From Desulfosalsimonadaceae bacterium (GTDB lineage: Bacteria > Desulfobacterota > Desulfobacteria > Desulfobacterales > Desulfosalsimonadaceae), in assembly GCA_046498365.1 (NCBI GenBank), contig JAWOAV010000002.1:1-61740 (forward strand): 61,740 bases of DNA, read 5' to 3'. A model generated the notes under the pieces. The model was given only the letters and a program-made list of their open reading frames with translations. It ran no database searches and was not told where the DNA came from. This document shows positions 1 through 8,288 of this stretch, piece by piece. The stretch's first letter is position 1; each line of letters opens with the position of its first letter. Position numbers and translations under genes: made by a program.

Positions 1-299
1 GCGCAGGTGCTGGCCGTCCAGTAATACCCGTGGAATACGTTGATAAAGGCATTGGCTTCAAAAAGCGGCGGATTCACCCGGTCATGGCTGACAAGGGAAA
101 ACAGCTCCCGCCGGTTGGGGAGTCGCCAGTCGCCGTGCCCCGCATATTTCTCCCGGTTCAGGGCGTCAATGAACGAAAAGGCCTCTTTCCAGGTCAGCGG
201 AAATTCAGACACCCCGGCATCCCTTACCCACATCAGCCCTGTTTTTCTGTCTGTCACCGACCATTGAGACGAATCAAACCGCTTTTCCAAACCGGACAT
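1..299 (-). CDS. DUF1566 (Lcl C-terminal domain)-like protein; N-terminal part only, the gene runs off the window edge
   Basis: Absent from the ORF track because there is no stop codon in the window. My reverse-strand translation from the ATG at 299 (AAGGAAAG Shine-Dalgarno just upstream) gives MSGLEKRFDSSQWSVTDRKTGLMWVRDAG...HGDWRLPNRRELFSLV. The GLMW and DWRLPxxxEL signatures are typical of DUF1566. Confidence 0.55.
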   Translation of the reverse strand, partial: MSGLEKRFDSSQWSVTDRKTGLMWVRDAGVSEFPLTWKEAFSFIDALNREKYAGHGDWRLPNRRELFSLVSHDRVNPPLFEANAFINVFHGYYWTASTC

Positions 300-479
300 C
301 TTTCCTTTTTTTCTTTACCGCTGCGTGCATCTTGTTCCACCCTTCCGGGTGCCGAAACAAAAATATATTATTATACCCTGCCTCCGCCATGGTGGCAAGA
401 CCAATAGCAAAACCAAAAGCGGGAAAGACCTTGGGCGGCAAAAAAAATACGGATGCATTTCCTTGGGCCTGGGAGGGTG

Positions 480-570
480 GTTTTTACCACAGAGATCACA
501 GAGGAGACACAGAGATTCACAGAGAAAAGCAATGAAAAAAGGGAGAACGCCCATGAAATTATGCATTTCT
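480..570. repeat. Intergenic repeat family A, copy 1: four phased CACAGAG heptamers plus a GCCCATGAAATTATGC module
   Basis: Near-identical to 32811-32899. Its 3' module also occurs at 36016-36085. CACAGAG starts at 488, 497, 508 and 518. Confidence 0.85.
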
Positions 571-682
571 CAAAGGCATTAATCGTGTTCTGCGGGTTTG
601 AAAAAAACCGATTTCGATTTCGATAGCGATTTCGAAAAAACAAAACTCACACAAAGCGCCAATCATGCGAACTATAAAATGA

Positions 683-875
683 TCAATTTCCTTTTGGGGG
701 GGTGGGGGTGCTCCCGCGGGCGACATTGGGAGTGATTGTCGATCGCTCTTGGCGAAGTGAAGCAAAACATCCTGCATTGGTTTTAATTGCAGGATGTTGC
801 GAAACAAGCCATAGAGCGATCCCAATCGCTCACAGTCGCCAGGGGGAGCACCCCACCCCCACAAAAGGAAATTGA
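683..875. repeat. Long imperfect palindromic element (~190 bp) with a perfect central hairpin
   Basis: The left arm TCAATTTCCTTTTGGGGGGGTGGGGGTGCTCCC... (from 683) is mirrored by ...GGGAGCACCCCACCCCCACAAAAGGAAATTGA (to 875). Central stem AACATCCTGCA (766-776) pairs with TGCAGGATGTT (788-798). Confidence 0.75.
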
Positions 876-1010
876 CCTTTTCCCCTCGTACGCCCTTTCT
901 TGTTCTTTCGTACTTTTTCTTGCTCTTTCATTGGTTTTTCCTCGATCCTTCCTGCCACTATCTGTTGACATTTCAAAACGGCTGTAATAAATCGTTCGTA
1001 TACAAAGGAA

Positions 1011-1442
1011 ATGGATGACATGCAAAAACTTCCCGATGATCTGCCCGAATGCCTGGTGTTCCTGCTGGGAAAAGCATACCAGAAGGCCCACGCCGATTTC
1101 AAAAATCGTCTGAAACCATACGGGCTGACCAATATGCAGCACCTGGTGCTGGAGGGATTGTGGTATCAAAACGGTATGACCGCCACAGAAATATCAAAGC
1201 TGCTGCGCCTGGACAAGGCGACCCTGTCCGGCGTGCTTGAACGGATGATCGAAACCGGGTGGATCATACGGGAGCCGCACCCGGAAGACGGCCGCGTTCA
1301 TCGAATTTTTACGTCTTCAAAAGCCGACAGACTGAAAGACCAGTTGATAGAAGAGCGCAAAAAGGCAAACAAGAAAATCCTGGCCCGATTTTCTCCGGAA
1401 GAACGGGAAATGCTCCGGCGTCTTTTGTGGGAGCTGATATAA
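1011..1442 (+). CDS. MarR family transcriptional regulator
   Basis: 143-aa ORF. Winged-helix MarR pattern: LGKAYQKAHADFKNRLKPYGLTNMQHLVLEGLW...MTATEISKLLRLDKATLSGVLERMIETGWI. Confidence 0.9.
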   Translation: MDDMQKLPDDLPECLVFLLGKAYQKAHADFKNRLKPYGLTNMQHLVLEGLWYQNGMTATEISKLLRLDKATLSGVLERMIETGWIIREPHPEDGRVHRIFTSSKADRLKDQLIEERKKANKKILARFSPEEREMLRRLLWELI

Positions 1443-1474
1443 GCCGGGCCCAAATCAAAAAAAGGAGAACCAGC

Positions 1475-3178
1475 ATGCTGCTCAATCCCAAAAAGGAAAC
1501 ATTTGACCACCTGGACCCGCGCTCCGCGGAAATCATGAAAAAAACCATCGAATATTTCGAGTCGCGGGGGAAAAAACAGCTCAAGGACGATTTCCATGAA
1601 AAAAAATGGTATTCGGATTTTCTTGAATTTGTAAAGGAAAATGAAATCTTTGCCACGCTGCTGACGCCAGCCAAGTACGCAAATGACGGCGATCCGGACA
1701 AAAGGTGGGATACCTACCGGATATGCGACTTCAATGAAATCCTGGCGTTTTACAACCTGTCCCACTGGTATACCTGGCAGGTCAGCATCCTGGGCCTTGG
1801 ACCGATTTTCATGGGCAACAACGAGGACGTGAAAAAAAACACCGCAAAACTGCTCAAGGAAGGCGGAATCTTTGCGTTCGGCCTTTCCGAGCGCACCCAC
1901 GGCGCGGACCTGTACTCGTCCGATATGTCGGTGACCCCCCTGGGAGACGGCAAATATGTGGCGGACGGCGGCAAATACTACATCGGAAACGCCAACGAGG
2001 CCGCGCTGGTCTCCACGTTCGCCAAGGACACGGAAACCGATGAATACGTCTGGTTTGTTGCGGACCCCAAACATGAAAACTACGACCTGGTCCAGAACGT
2101 CGTGGACTGGGAGGGATACGTGGCCGAGTATGCCTTGAACAGCTATCCGCTGACAGACAACGAAATCCTTACCTACGGCCGGGAGGCATGGGACAGTGCG
2201 CTGAACACTGTCAACGTCGGCAAATTCAACCTGGGATGGGGGGCTATCGGCATTGCGACCCACGCCTTTTACGAGGCCATCAACCATGCCAGCCACAGGA
2301 ACCTCTACGGCAAATACGTAACGGACTTCCCCCATATCAAGCAGCTTTTTACGGATGCCTATGCACGGCTCGTGGCCATGAAGATTTTTTCCCAACGGGC
2401 CACGGACTACATGCGCAGCGCTTCTGAAAATGACCGCCGCTACCTGTTATACAATCCCATCACCAAGATGAAGGTCCCCACCCAGGGAGAGGAAGTCATC
2501 AACCTGCTCTGGGACGTCATCGCGGCGCGCGGATTTGAAAAAGATGTCTATTTCGAGATGGCGGCCACGGACATTCGCTCCCTTCCCAAACTGGAAGGCA
2601 CCGTGCACGTCAATATGGCGCTGATCATCAAGTTCATCGCCAACTACTTTTTTAATCCCGGCGAATTTCCGGAGATTCCCAAGCGAAACGATCCCGCGGA
2701 CGATGAATTCCTGTTTCGGCAGGGGCCTACCAAGGGGCTGGGAAAAATTCAGTTCCATGATTACAACATCGCCTACGGGGACGTGGACCTGCCCAACGTC
2801 CGCATTTTCAAGGAACAGATCGAGGTGTTCAAAAGCTTCCTGGTCGATGCCGCACCAGGGCCGGAACAGGCGAAAAACATCGATTTTCTGCTGGGCATTG
2901 GCGAAATATTCACGCTTGTTGCCTATGGCCAGCTGATCCTTGAAAAGTACAAAATGGAGAAATACGAAGACGATCTGCTCGAGCAGATCTTCGACTTCAT
3001 GGTCCGCGATTTTTCCCGCTACGCCCTTCAGCTCTATTCCAAGCAGGACACCACGGAAAAACAGGGCGAATGGTGCCTGAAGATGATCCGCAAACCGGTT
3101 GACAACCCGGAACGGTTCACCCGTTTCTGGAACGAATACGTCTACAGTTTGAGAGACACCTACGAGATGAATCCCTAG
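1475..3178 (+). CDS. Acyl-CoA dehydrogenase family protein (long form, 567 aa)
   Basis: Lies in ORF 1259..3178. ATG at 1475 is preceded by AAAGGAGAA, and the upstream part of the ORF overlaps marR. GLSERTHGADLYS resembles the ACAD (T/S)E..(A/H)GSD motif. Size and helical C-terminus fit the ACAD-like fold. Confidence 0.75.
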   Translation: MLLNPKKETFDHLDPRSAEIMKKTIEYFESRGKKQLKDDFHEKKWYSDFLEFVKENEIFATLLTPAKYANDGDPDKRWDTYRICDFNEILAFYNLSHWYTWQVSILGLGPIFMGNNEDVKKNTAKLLKEGGIFAFGLSERTHGADLYSSDMSVTPLGDGKYVADGGKYYIGNANEAALVSTFAKDTETDEYVWFVADPKHENYDLVQNVVDWEGYVAEYALNSYPLTDNEILTYGREAWDSALNTVNVGKFNLGWGAIGIATHAFYEAINHASHRNLYGKYVTDFPHIKQLFTDAYARLVAMKIFSQRATDYMRSASENDRRYLLYNPITKMKVPTQGEEVINLLWDVIAARGFEKDVYFEMAATDIRSLPKLEGTVHVNMALIIKFIANYFFNPGEFPEIPKRNDPADDEFLFRQGPTKGLGKIQFHDYNIAYGDVDLPNVRIFKEQIEVFKSFLVDAAPGPEQAKNIDFLLGIGEIFTLVAYGQLILEKYKMEKYEDDLLEQIFDFMVRDFSRYALQLYSKQDTTEKQGEWCLKMIRKPVDNPERFTRFWNEYVYSLRDTYEMNP

Positions 3179-3187
3179 GATTTTTTC

Positions 3188-3221
3188 AGTGGCGGAAGCG
3201 GGTTATCCGGCTTCCGCCACT
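3188..3221. other. 12-bp GC-rich stem-loop between convergent genes
   Basis: AGTGGCGGAAGC (3188-3199) pairs with GCTTCCGCCACT (3210-3221). The T-run is on the 5' side only, so terminator function is uncertain. Confidence 0.4.
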
Positions 3222-3396
3222 AAGGGTTCCTTCGGGGAGAGCCGTCATCTCGATACAGGAAGCCAGATCGTTTAAAATGGCCTTGGCACCCAACAGGGAG
3301 CCGGTCGTCGGCGCCTGCCTGACCCCACGTCAACCCATCCCCCAGACGACCACGCCGTGAACACGATGATCCTACCTGTAATATTGCGCAGCAGAC

Positions 3397-4617
3397 CTAT
3401 ATAAACATCGACACCCGGCAGTCCGGCCAGCAGTACATGGTCTTCATGTTTTTCCGGACCAATCCGCGGATCGGACCGTCCTGTGAAATCACAAATCCGA
3501 TGCTGTCCGAACATTTGCCGATAAAATCGATCATGGAATTATGGCGGGTGCCCAGAAGCTGATGCTCAAAAATACGATCGCCGCCGTTGTATCCGTCGGG
3601 ACCTTCAAGGACCCTGCCCCGCCATTTCGGGGCATTGAGCGTTGCGCCGAAGGATATGATTCGAAAGGAAGCGCTCAATACCAGCGCCCCGTCCACCGCG
3701 GCAAGCTGAGCGAGCACCTGCAAGCGCTCGGCGATTTTCCGGTTATAGCTCAGCCGTTTCATGGCCGCATCTTCCGATTGATTTTCAATGGTGAGCGACT
3801 CGGATATCAGTTCATGAATCTTGAGATTTTCCCGAAACATATACTTGGCGGTAAAATAATCCCTGTACAGGGGGAGCTTGTGCTCCGGGACGATAAGCAC
3901 CGATGCGCCGTGGCTCCTCGATGAAATTTCAGACAAAAGATAGTCCAGGCTGTGTATGAAGACCTTCCAGGTGGACCGGTCTTTTGCCATGGATTCGGCG
4001 TCCCGCTTGATCTTGTTGTACAAAAATCCGCCCATGGCCTTTGCGTAGAAGGGGGACGGCGTGGCCTTGATGAATTTTCCCGCGACAAACCGGCCGATCT
4101 GTGCGTCCCCCTTGGATATGATAATGGATCCCGGTGTAACCGATGTGATCATAAAAACGTTCGGCCGCCGGAAAATTTCACCCACCTTGTCTTCCGGGAT
4201 ATCGTCAAAGTAATTGGGAAGTGCATTAAAAAACATGGCCCCCCATATCTCGTAGCGTTTTCTGCTCTCATCTGCAGGCGGCGCCACGACAAACGACGTA
4301 AAACGCGGATCAAAGGCCAGGGCGACCTTGGACAGGCTGTCGACGGTCAAGGGAAACCCCTGTTCAAACTTCATGATCAGCTGTTTCCGCTTGGAATCCG
4401 GAAAGGACCTTGCCGCCTTCTTTTTGCTCAAAAATACCAGGCTGAACGTCACGGGGCGGTCTTCCTCTTTTTTCAGGCTCGCAAGAAACGCCGTCTCCAC
4501 AAGGAACTCGACGTCTTCGGCCGATATGGGGTGCATCTCGGCTGCGGCCTCACGGGAATCAAACGGATCACTGATCCAAGTGTCCATTATTTTCTGGATA
4601 ATTGCCTTGTCAAACAT
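3397..4617 (-). CDS. Protein with a C-terminal diadenylate-cyclase (DisA_N/DAC)-like domain and an unrecognised N-terminal domain
   Basis: 406 aa. The C-terminal ~180 aa follow the DAC pattern: HGASVLIV, AAVDGALVLSASFRIISFGATL (DGA motif) and LGTRHNSMIDF...IGFVISQDGPIRGLV. In CdaA/DisA the corresponding segment is LGTRHRAA...VSEETG.is. Confidence 0.6.
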   Translation of the reverse strand: MFDKAIIQKIMDTWISDPFDSREAAAEMHPISAEDVEFLVETAFLASLKKEEDRPVTFSLVFLSKKKAARSFPDSKRKQLIMKFEQGFPLTVDSLSKVALAFDPRFTSFVVAPPADESRKRYEIWGAMFFNALPNYFDDIPEDKVGEIFRRPNVFMITSVTPGSIIISKGDAQIGRFVAGKFIKATPSPFYAKAMGGFLYNKIKRDAESMAKDRSTWKVFIHSLDYLLSEISSRSHGASVLIVPEHKLPLYRDYFTAKYMFRENLKIHELISESLTIENQSEDAAMKRLSYNRKIAERLQVLAQLAAVDGALVLSASFRIISFGATLNAPKWRGRVLEGPDGYNGGDRIFEHQLLGTRHNSMIDFIGKCSDSIGFVISQDGPIRGLVRKNMKTMYCWPDCRVSMFI

Positions 4618-4806
4618 GATATGGTATTATTTTCAATGCGCTAAAAAATGGATAAACGGCGGATTGCCGCATCGCCCCATAAAGCTGGTTGTGCAGAAAA
4701 TCCTCTCTTACATGTTTAAATGATAATTGCGGAAATTTGCAACCGGAAATAAATGATTATACGTTTGGAGAAGATATAAATCAAAAATGAAAACGGACAG
4801 GCCGCC

Positions 4807-5649
4807 ATGTATAAAAAATCTTTACCGTTTGCCCTGCTTTTTTCAGCCGCCCTTTTAATTGCCGCTTTTCCCGCAAATTCTGCGGAGAAAAGCGTATTCG
4901 TGAGCATCGCCCCGCAAAAATATTTCGTTGAAAAAATCGGCGGGGAGCGTGTCGAAGTCCATATCATGGTCCCTTCTGGCGCAAGTCCGCATACCTATGA
5001 GCCCTCTGTCGGGCAAATGAAAAAACTGGCCGACGCGGATGCCTATTTCGCAATCGGGGTGACCTTTGAAAAGGCATGGCTTTCAAAAATCACATCCATC
5101 CATCCGGACATGGAACTTGTGGATACCGCCCGGCGGATTGAAAAAAGTTCTTCCCCCCATGGACATGCCCACGATCCGCATATCTGGCTCTCCCCGCCGC
5201 TGGTTATGCTTCAGGCAAGGGCTGTATTTGAAGGGCTGGCAAAAATCGACCCGGATGGGTTTGCGCATTATGCATCGCGCTATGCATCGTTTCTCTCCGA
5301 AATCGTCGAATTGGACATCGAACTGAAAACACGCCTGACGCCCGGCGCAACCTTCATGGCGTATCACCCTTCCTGGGGATATTTCGCAGAGGCCTACGGG
5401 CTGGAACAAGTCCCCGTAGAAATTGACGGAAAAGCCCCAAAGGCCCGGCAGATACAGGAAGCCATCCGGCGCGCCAGGGAGTTGGATATCCGGGTCGTCA
5501 TGGTGCAGCCGCAAATCTCCAGTCGTGATGCGGATACGATCGCACGGGAAATCAACGGCCGGACGGTCATGGCCGATCCTCTTGCCGAAGACTGGGCACA
5601 GAACCTGCGCCGCGTTGCGGATCTGATCGGAAAGCATAAAGAAGAATGA
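4807..5649 (+). CDS. znuA: Metal (Zn/Mn) ABC transporter substrate-binding protein, ZnuA/TroA family
   Basis: Signal peptide, cluster-9 SBP pattern (VSIAPQKYFVEKIGG..., HTYEPS, DPHIWLSP) and a short His-rich loop SSSPHGHAHDPH. Confidence 0.85.
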   Translation: MYKKSLPFALLFSAALLIAAFPANSAEKSVFVSIAPQKYFVEKIGGERVEVHIMVPSGASPHTYEPSVGQMKKLADADAYFAIGVTFEKAWLSKITSIHPDMELVDTARRIEKSSSPHGHAHDPHIWLSPPLVMLQARAVFEGLAKIDPDGFAHYASRYASFLSEIVELDIELKTRLTPGATFMAYHPSWGYFAEAYGLEQVPVEIDGKAPKARQIQEAIRRARELDIRVVMVQPQISSRDADTIAREINGRTVMADPLAEDWAQNLRRVADLIGKHKEE

Positions 5650-6410
5650 CGAACAACGATCCTATCATCCAGGTACGGGATTTGTCCTTCTCCTACAATG
5701 GGGAACCTGCGCTATCCAATATATCTTTTGATATCGCGGAAAAGGAATTTCTTGCGATCATCGGCCCCAACGGCGGCGGGAAATCAACGCTTGTAAAGCT
5801 GATGCTGGGACTGCTTGAGCCGGATAGCGGGTATATCTCTATTCACGGCCGTTCGCCGAAAAAAATGGCCCACCGGTTCGGGTATGTGCCCCAGGACGTC
5901 AGCATCAACATTCATTTCCCTGTTTCCGTAATGGATGTGGTCCTGATGGGACGCCTGAGACACCGGGGACGCCGGGGCATCCACCGGGAAGACCGGCAGA
6001 AAGCAATGGAAAGCATGCAAATGATGGGGGTTGCCGGTTATGAAAACCGCACGATAAAAGAGCTTTCCGCAGGGCAGCGCGAACGCGTATTCATTGCCAG
6101 GGCACTGACCGCGGACCCGGAGATTCTCATTCTCGACGAGCCGACCGCCAGCGTGGACACGGGCGGCAAAACGGAATTGTACCATCTTCTGGGAAAGCTC
6201 AATGATACCAAGACCGTTATCGTGGTCAGCCACGACCTGATGATCATTTCAAGCTATGTAAAAAGCGTGGCGTGCGTCAACCGGTCACTGCATTATCACC
6301 ACAGCAATGAGATAACGGAAACCATGCTCGAAATGGGTTATCAATGCCCGGTAGAGCTGATCGCCCACGGTCAGCCGCACCGGATACTTAAAACCCACGG
6401 GGATTTATAG
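5646..6410 (+). CDS. znuC: Metal ABC transporter ATP-binding protein
   Basis: Walker A GPNGGGKST, signature LSAGQRERV, Walker B ILILDEP. The ATGA start overlaps the znuA stop. Confidence 0.9.
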   Translation: MTNNDPIIQVRDLSFSYNGEPALSNISFDIAEKEFLAIIGPNGGGKSTLVKLMLGLLEPDSGYISIHGRSPKKMAHRFGYVPQDVSINIHFPVSVMDVVLMGRLRHRGRRGIHREDRQKAMESMQMMGVAGYENRTIKELSAGQRERVFIARALTADPEILILDEPTASVDTGGKTELYHLLGKLNDTKTVIVVSHDLMIISSYVKSVACVNRSLHYHHSNEITETMLEMGYQCPVELIAHGQPHRILKTHGDL

Positions 6411-6411
6411 C

Positions 6412-7260
6412 TTGATCGATGCATTTCAGTACGAATTTGTGAGAAACGCGGTGCTTGCAGCCGCTTTTGCCAGCCTGATCTTCGGCATCATCGGCTCCTT
6501 TGTCGTCGTGAACCGCCTGGTTTTTCTGGCCGGAGGGATAGCGCATGCCGCCTATGGAGGGATCGGCATCGCTTTTTTCTTCGGCATCCCTTACATCTAC
6601 GGGACCATTGGCGTTTCGCTGGCAGCCGCTTTTCTCATGACCGCGGTGGTGATAAAGGCAAAGGACCGCTCGGACATATTCATCGGGGTGCTGTGGGCCG
6701 TCGGTATGGCCACGGGCGTAATCCTTCTGGATCTGACGCCGGGCTATCATTCGGATCTCATGAGCTACCTGTTCGGCTCCATCCTTGCCGTTCCCGCTGC
6801 CGACATATGGTGGATGAGCGCACTGGGCGCGATAACCCTGATTATAACGGTCGTTTTCTACCGGGACATCCTGGCGATCTCCTATGATGCCGAATTCGCA
6901 AAACTCAGGGGGGTCCCGGTAAACCTGCTGTATTTTGTCTTTATCGCACTGACTGCGGTGTCCATCGTCTTTATCATACGAATGGTCGGCCTCATACTGG
7001 TGATCGCCCTTTTGACCATCCCCCCCTATATTGCCGAAAAATACGCGCGCTCACTGATGATGATGATGGTCCTGTCCGTGCTCTTCTCCTTGATATTCAA
7101 CATGACCGGCCTGTGGATATCCTACAGCTATGACCTTACATCCGGCGCCACCATCATAATGGTGGCCGCAGCCGGATTTTTTTTGTCCCTGGGGATCAAC
7201 CTGGCTGCCTCACTGGTTAAAAAACGGGTAAAATCCGGCAACCGGATAACCGGCGGTTGA
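6412..7260 (+). CDS. znuB: Metal ABC transporter permease
   Basis: 282 aa, polytopic, ABC-3 family pattern. TTG start 1 nt after the znuC stop. Confidence 0.9.
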   Translation: MIDAFQYEFVRNAVLAAAFASLIFGIIGSFVVVNRLVFLAGGIAHAAYGGIGIAFFFGIPYIYGTIGVSLAAAFLMTAVVIKAKDRSDIFIGVLWAVGMATGVILLDLTPGYHSDLMSYLFGSILAVPAADIWWMSALGAITLIITVVFYRDILAISYDAEFAKLRGVPVNLLYFVFIALTAVSIVFIIRMVGLILVIALLTIPPYIAEKYARSLMMMMVLSVLFSLIFNMTGLWISYSYDLTSGATIIMVAAAGFFLSLGINLAASLVKKRVKSGNRITGG

Positions 7261-7445
7261 AAACAAAAAAAACAGCCGTATTATTGTATTATGCCGGTTG
7301 TTTCCTGTCTGAGACAATCGGGAAAGAGAGAACGGTTCAATACCGCCAGGCAGCTGACCCGGAAAAAAATAAAGGGACTTTTCAAAAAGTGATTTCAGGT
7401 ATTCGGTTACTACGATTTTTTCCTCCCTCGGGATCGGTTCGGAGA

Positions 7446-7796
7446 ATGTATGCCCTCTTTTTATGCATCACGGCGGCGATATCTTTCGGGTGCGCCGCGG
7501 GCCCCATTAAATTCTACCAGGGCCCTCTGAATCATTTGAACGCGGTGCGGACGGGAACGTGCCCCATGTATCCATCCTGCTCTTCGTACGCAGAAACGGC
7601 TTTTGAAAAACACGGCCCCCTGGCCGGATCGATGATGACATTCGATCGACTCATCCGGTGCGGCAGGGATGAAACAGGCCATGCCAAGCAAATCTATATC
7701 AAGGGCAACCGGCGCTACCATGACCCGGTGCAGCACAATGATTTCTGGTGGTATGAAAACCGGCAAAAACCATATCCTTCCCGGAGGCACGAATGA
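7446..7796 (+). CDS. YidD-like (membrane protein insertion efficiency factor family) protein with a lipoprotein-type N-terminus
   Basis: Lies in ORF 7257..7796. KFYQGPLNHL...CPMYPSCSSYAETAFEKHGPLAGSMMTFDRLIRCG matches the YidD/PF01809 pattern. ATG at 7446 gives MYALFLCITAAISFGC (lipobox-like). An alternative TTG at 7257 overlaps the znuB stop. Confidence 0.7.
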   Translation: MYALFLCITAAISFGCAAGPIKFYQGPLNHLNAVRTGTCPMYPSCSSYAETAFEKHGPLAGSMMTFDRLIRCGRDETGHAKQIYIKGNRRYHDPVQHNDFWWYENRQKPYPSRRHE

Positions 7797-8089
7797 TCAA
7801 GAAAAGCTACAGCAAAACAGGCAGGCACTGTCGGGTTACATTCAAGATCCCTCCGGGCACGGACGGAAAAACCGTCGTGGTGTGCGGTGATTTCAACAAT
7901 TGGGACCAGAACGCCAAACCCATGACCCGAACCGCTACCGGCGCGTTTTTCATTACCTATTCCCTTCCGGCGGACCGGTCCTTCCGGTTCCGCTACCTGA
8001 TCGACGGCCACCGGTGGGAAAACGATAACGCCGCCGACGGGTACGTGCCCAATGAGTATGGCTCCGAAGACTCGGTGGTTGCGACGTGA
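7793..8089 (+). CDS. Stand-alone CBM48 / AMPK-beta glycogen-binding-like domain protein
   Basis: 98 aa. VTFKIP..GKTVVVCGDFNNWD...F.F.YLIDG.W.ND pattern. The ATGA start overlaps the preceding stop. Confidence 0.7.
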   Translation: MIKKSYSKTGRHCRVTFKIPPGTDGKTVVVCGDFNNWDQNAKPMTRTATGAFFITYSLPADRSFRFRYLIDGHRWENDNAADGYVPNEYGSEDSVVAT

Positions 8090-8130
8090 CGCCGATACCA
8101 TGAACAGCAACGGTAATGGGCATGCTACGT

Positions 8131-8288
8131 TTGATGGACTCGTAAAAAGTCGATTTTGGGCGGCAAAGAAAAAAGTTCAAGATCAAGGCGCGTGCAATTT
8201 TTGAAGAATTGATCGTACTTCGCCGTACGTGAGATTCTTCAAAAATTGTGCGCAACGCAGATATTGGGCTTTTTACGAAGCCGTCAAG
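8131..8288. repeat. Intergenic repeat family B, copy 1 (nested-hairpin, MITE/REP-like)
   Basis: Shares ~137-bp core with 40849-41006 and a longer variant at 39733-39912. Terminal inverted repeat CGTAAAAAGTC (8141-8151) pairs with GGCTTTTTACG (8267-8277). Inner stem CAATTTTTGAAGAAT / ATTCTTCAAAAATTG. Confidence 0.85.

Noticed and set aside
325-582. Small ORFs translating to ...HRGDTEIHREKQ / GTPMKLC... Equivalents occur at 32624..32971, 32785..33087, 35944..36135 and 36035..36280.
   Set aside because: They coincide exactly with repeat family A copies. The conservation is at the nucleotide level, including non-coding flanks and palindromes, so they are repeat translations and not genes.
1298-2395. 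365-aa minus-strand ORF. Similar long antisense ORFs occur at 13544..14422, 21825..23009, 44982..46025, 53447..54439 and 55803..56555.
   Set aside because: Each is fully embedded opposite a gene with clear family motifs, lacks a ribosome-binding site and motifs, and has Arg/Gly-rich shadow-ORF composition.
7257-7445. The longer 179-aa version of the YidD-like ORF, starting at a TTG that overlaps the znuB stop.
   Set aside because: The extra 63 residues have no YidD similarity or signal-peptide character, whereas ATG 7446 gives a lipoprotein-like N-terminus. The longer form cannot be excluded, and it would imply translational coupling to znuB.
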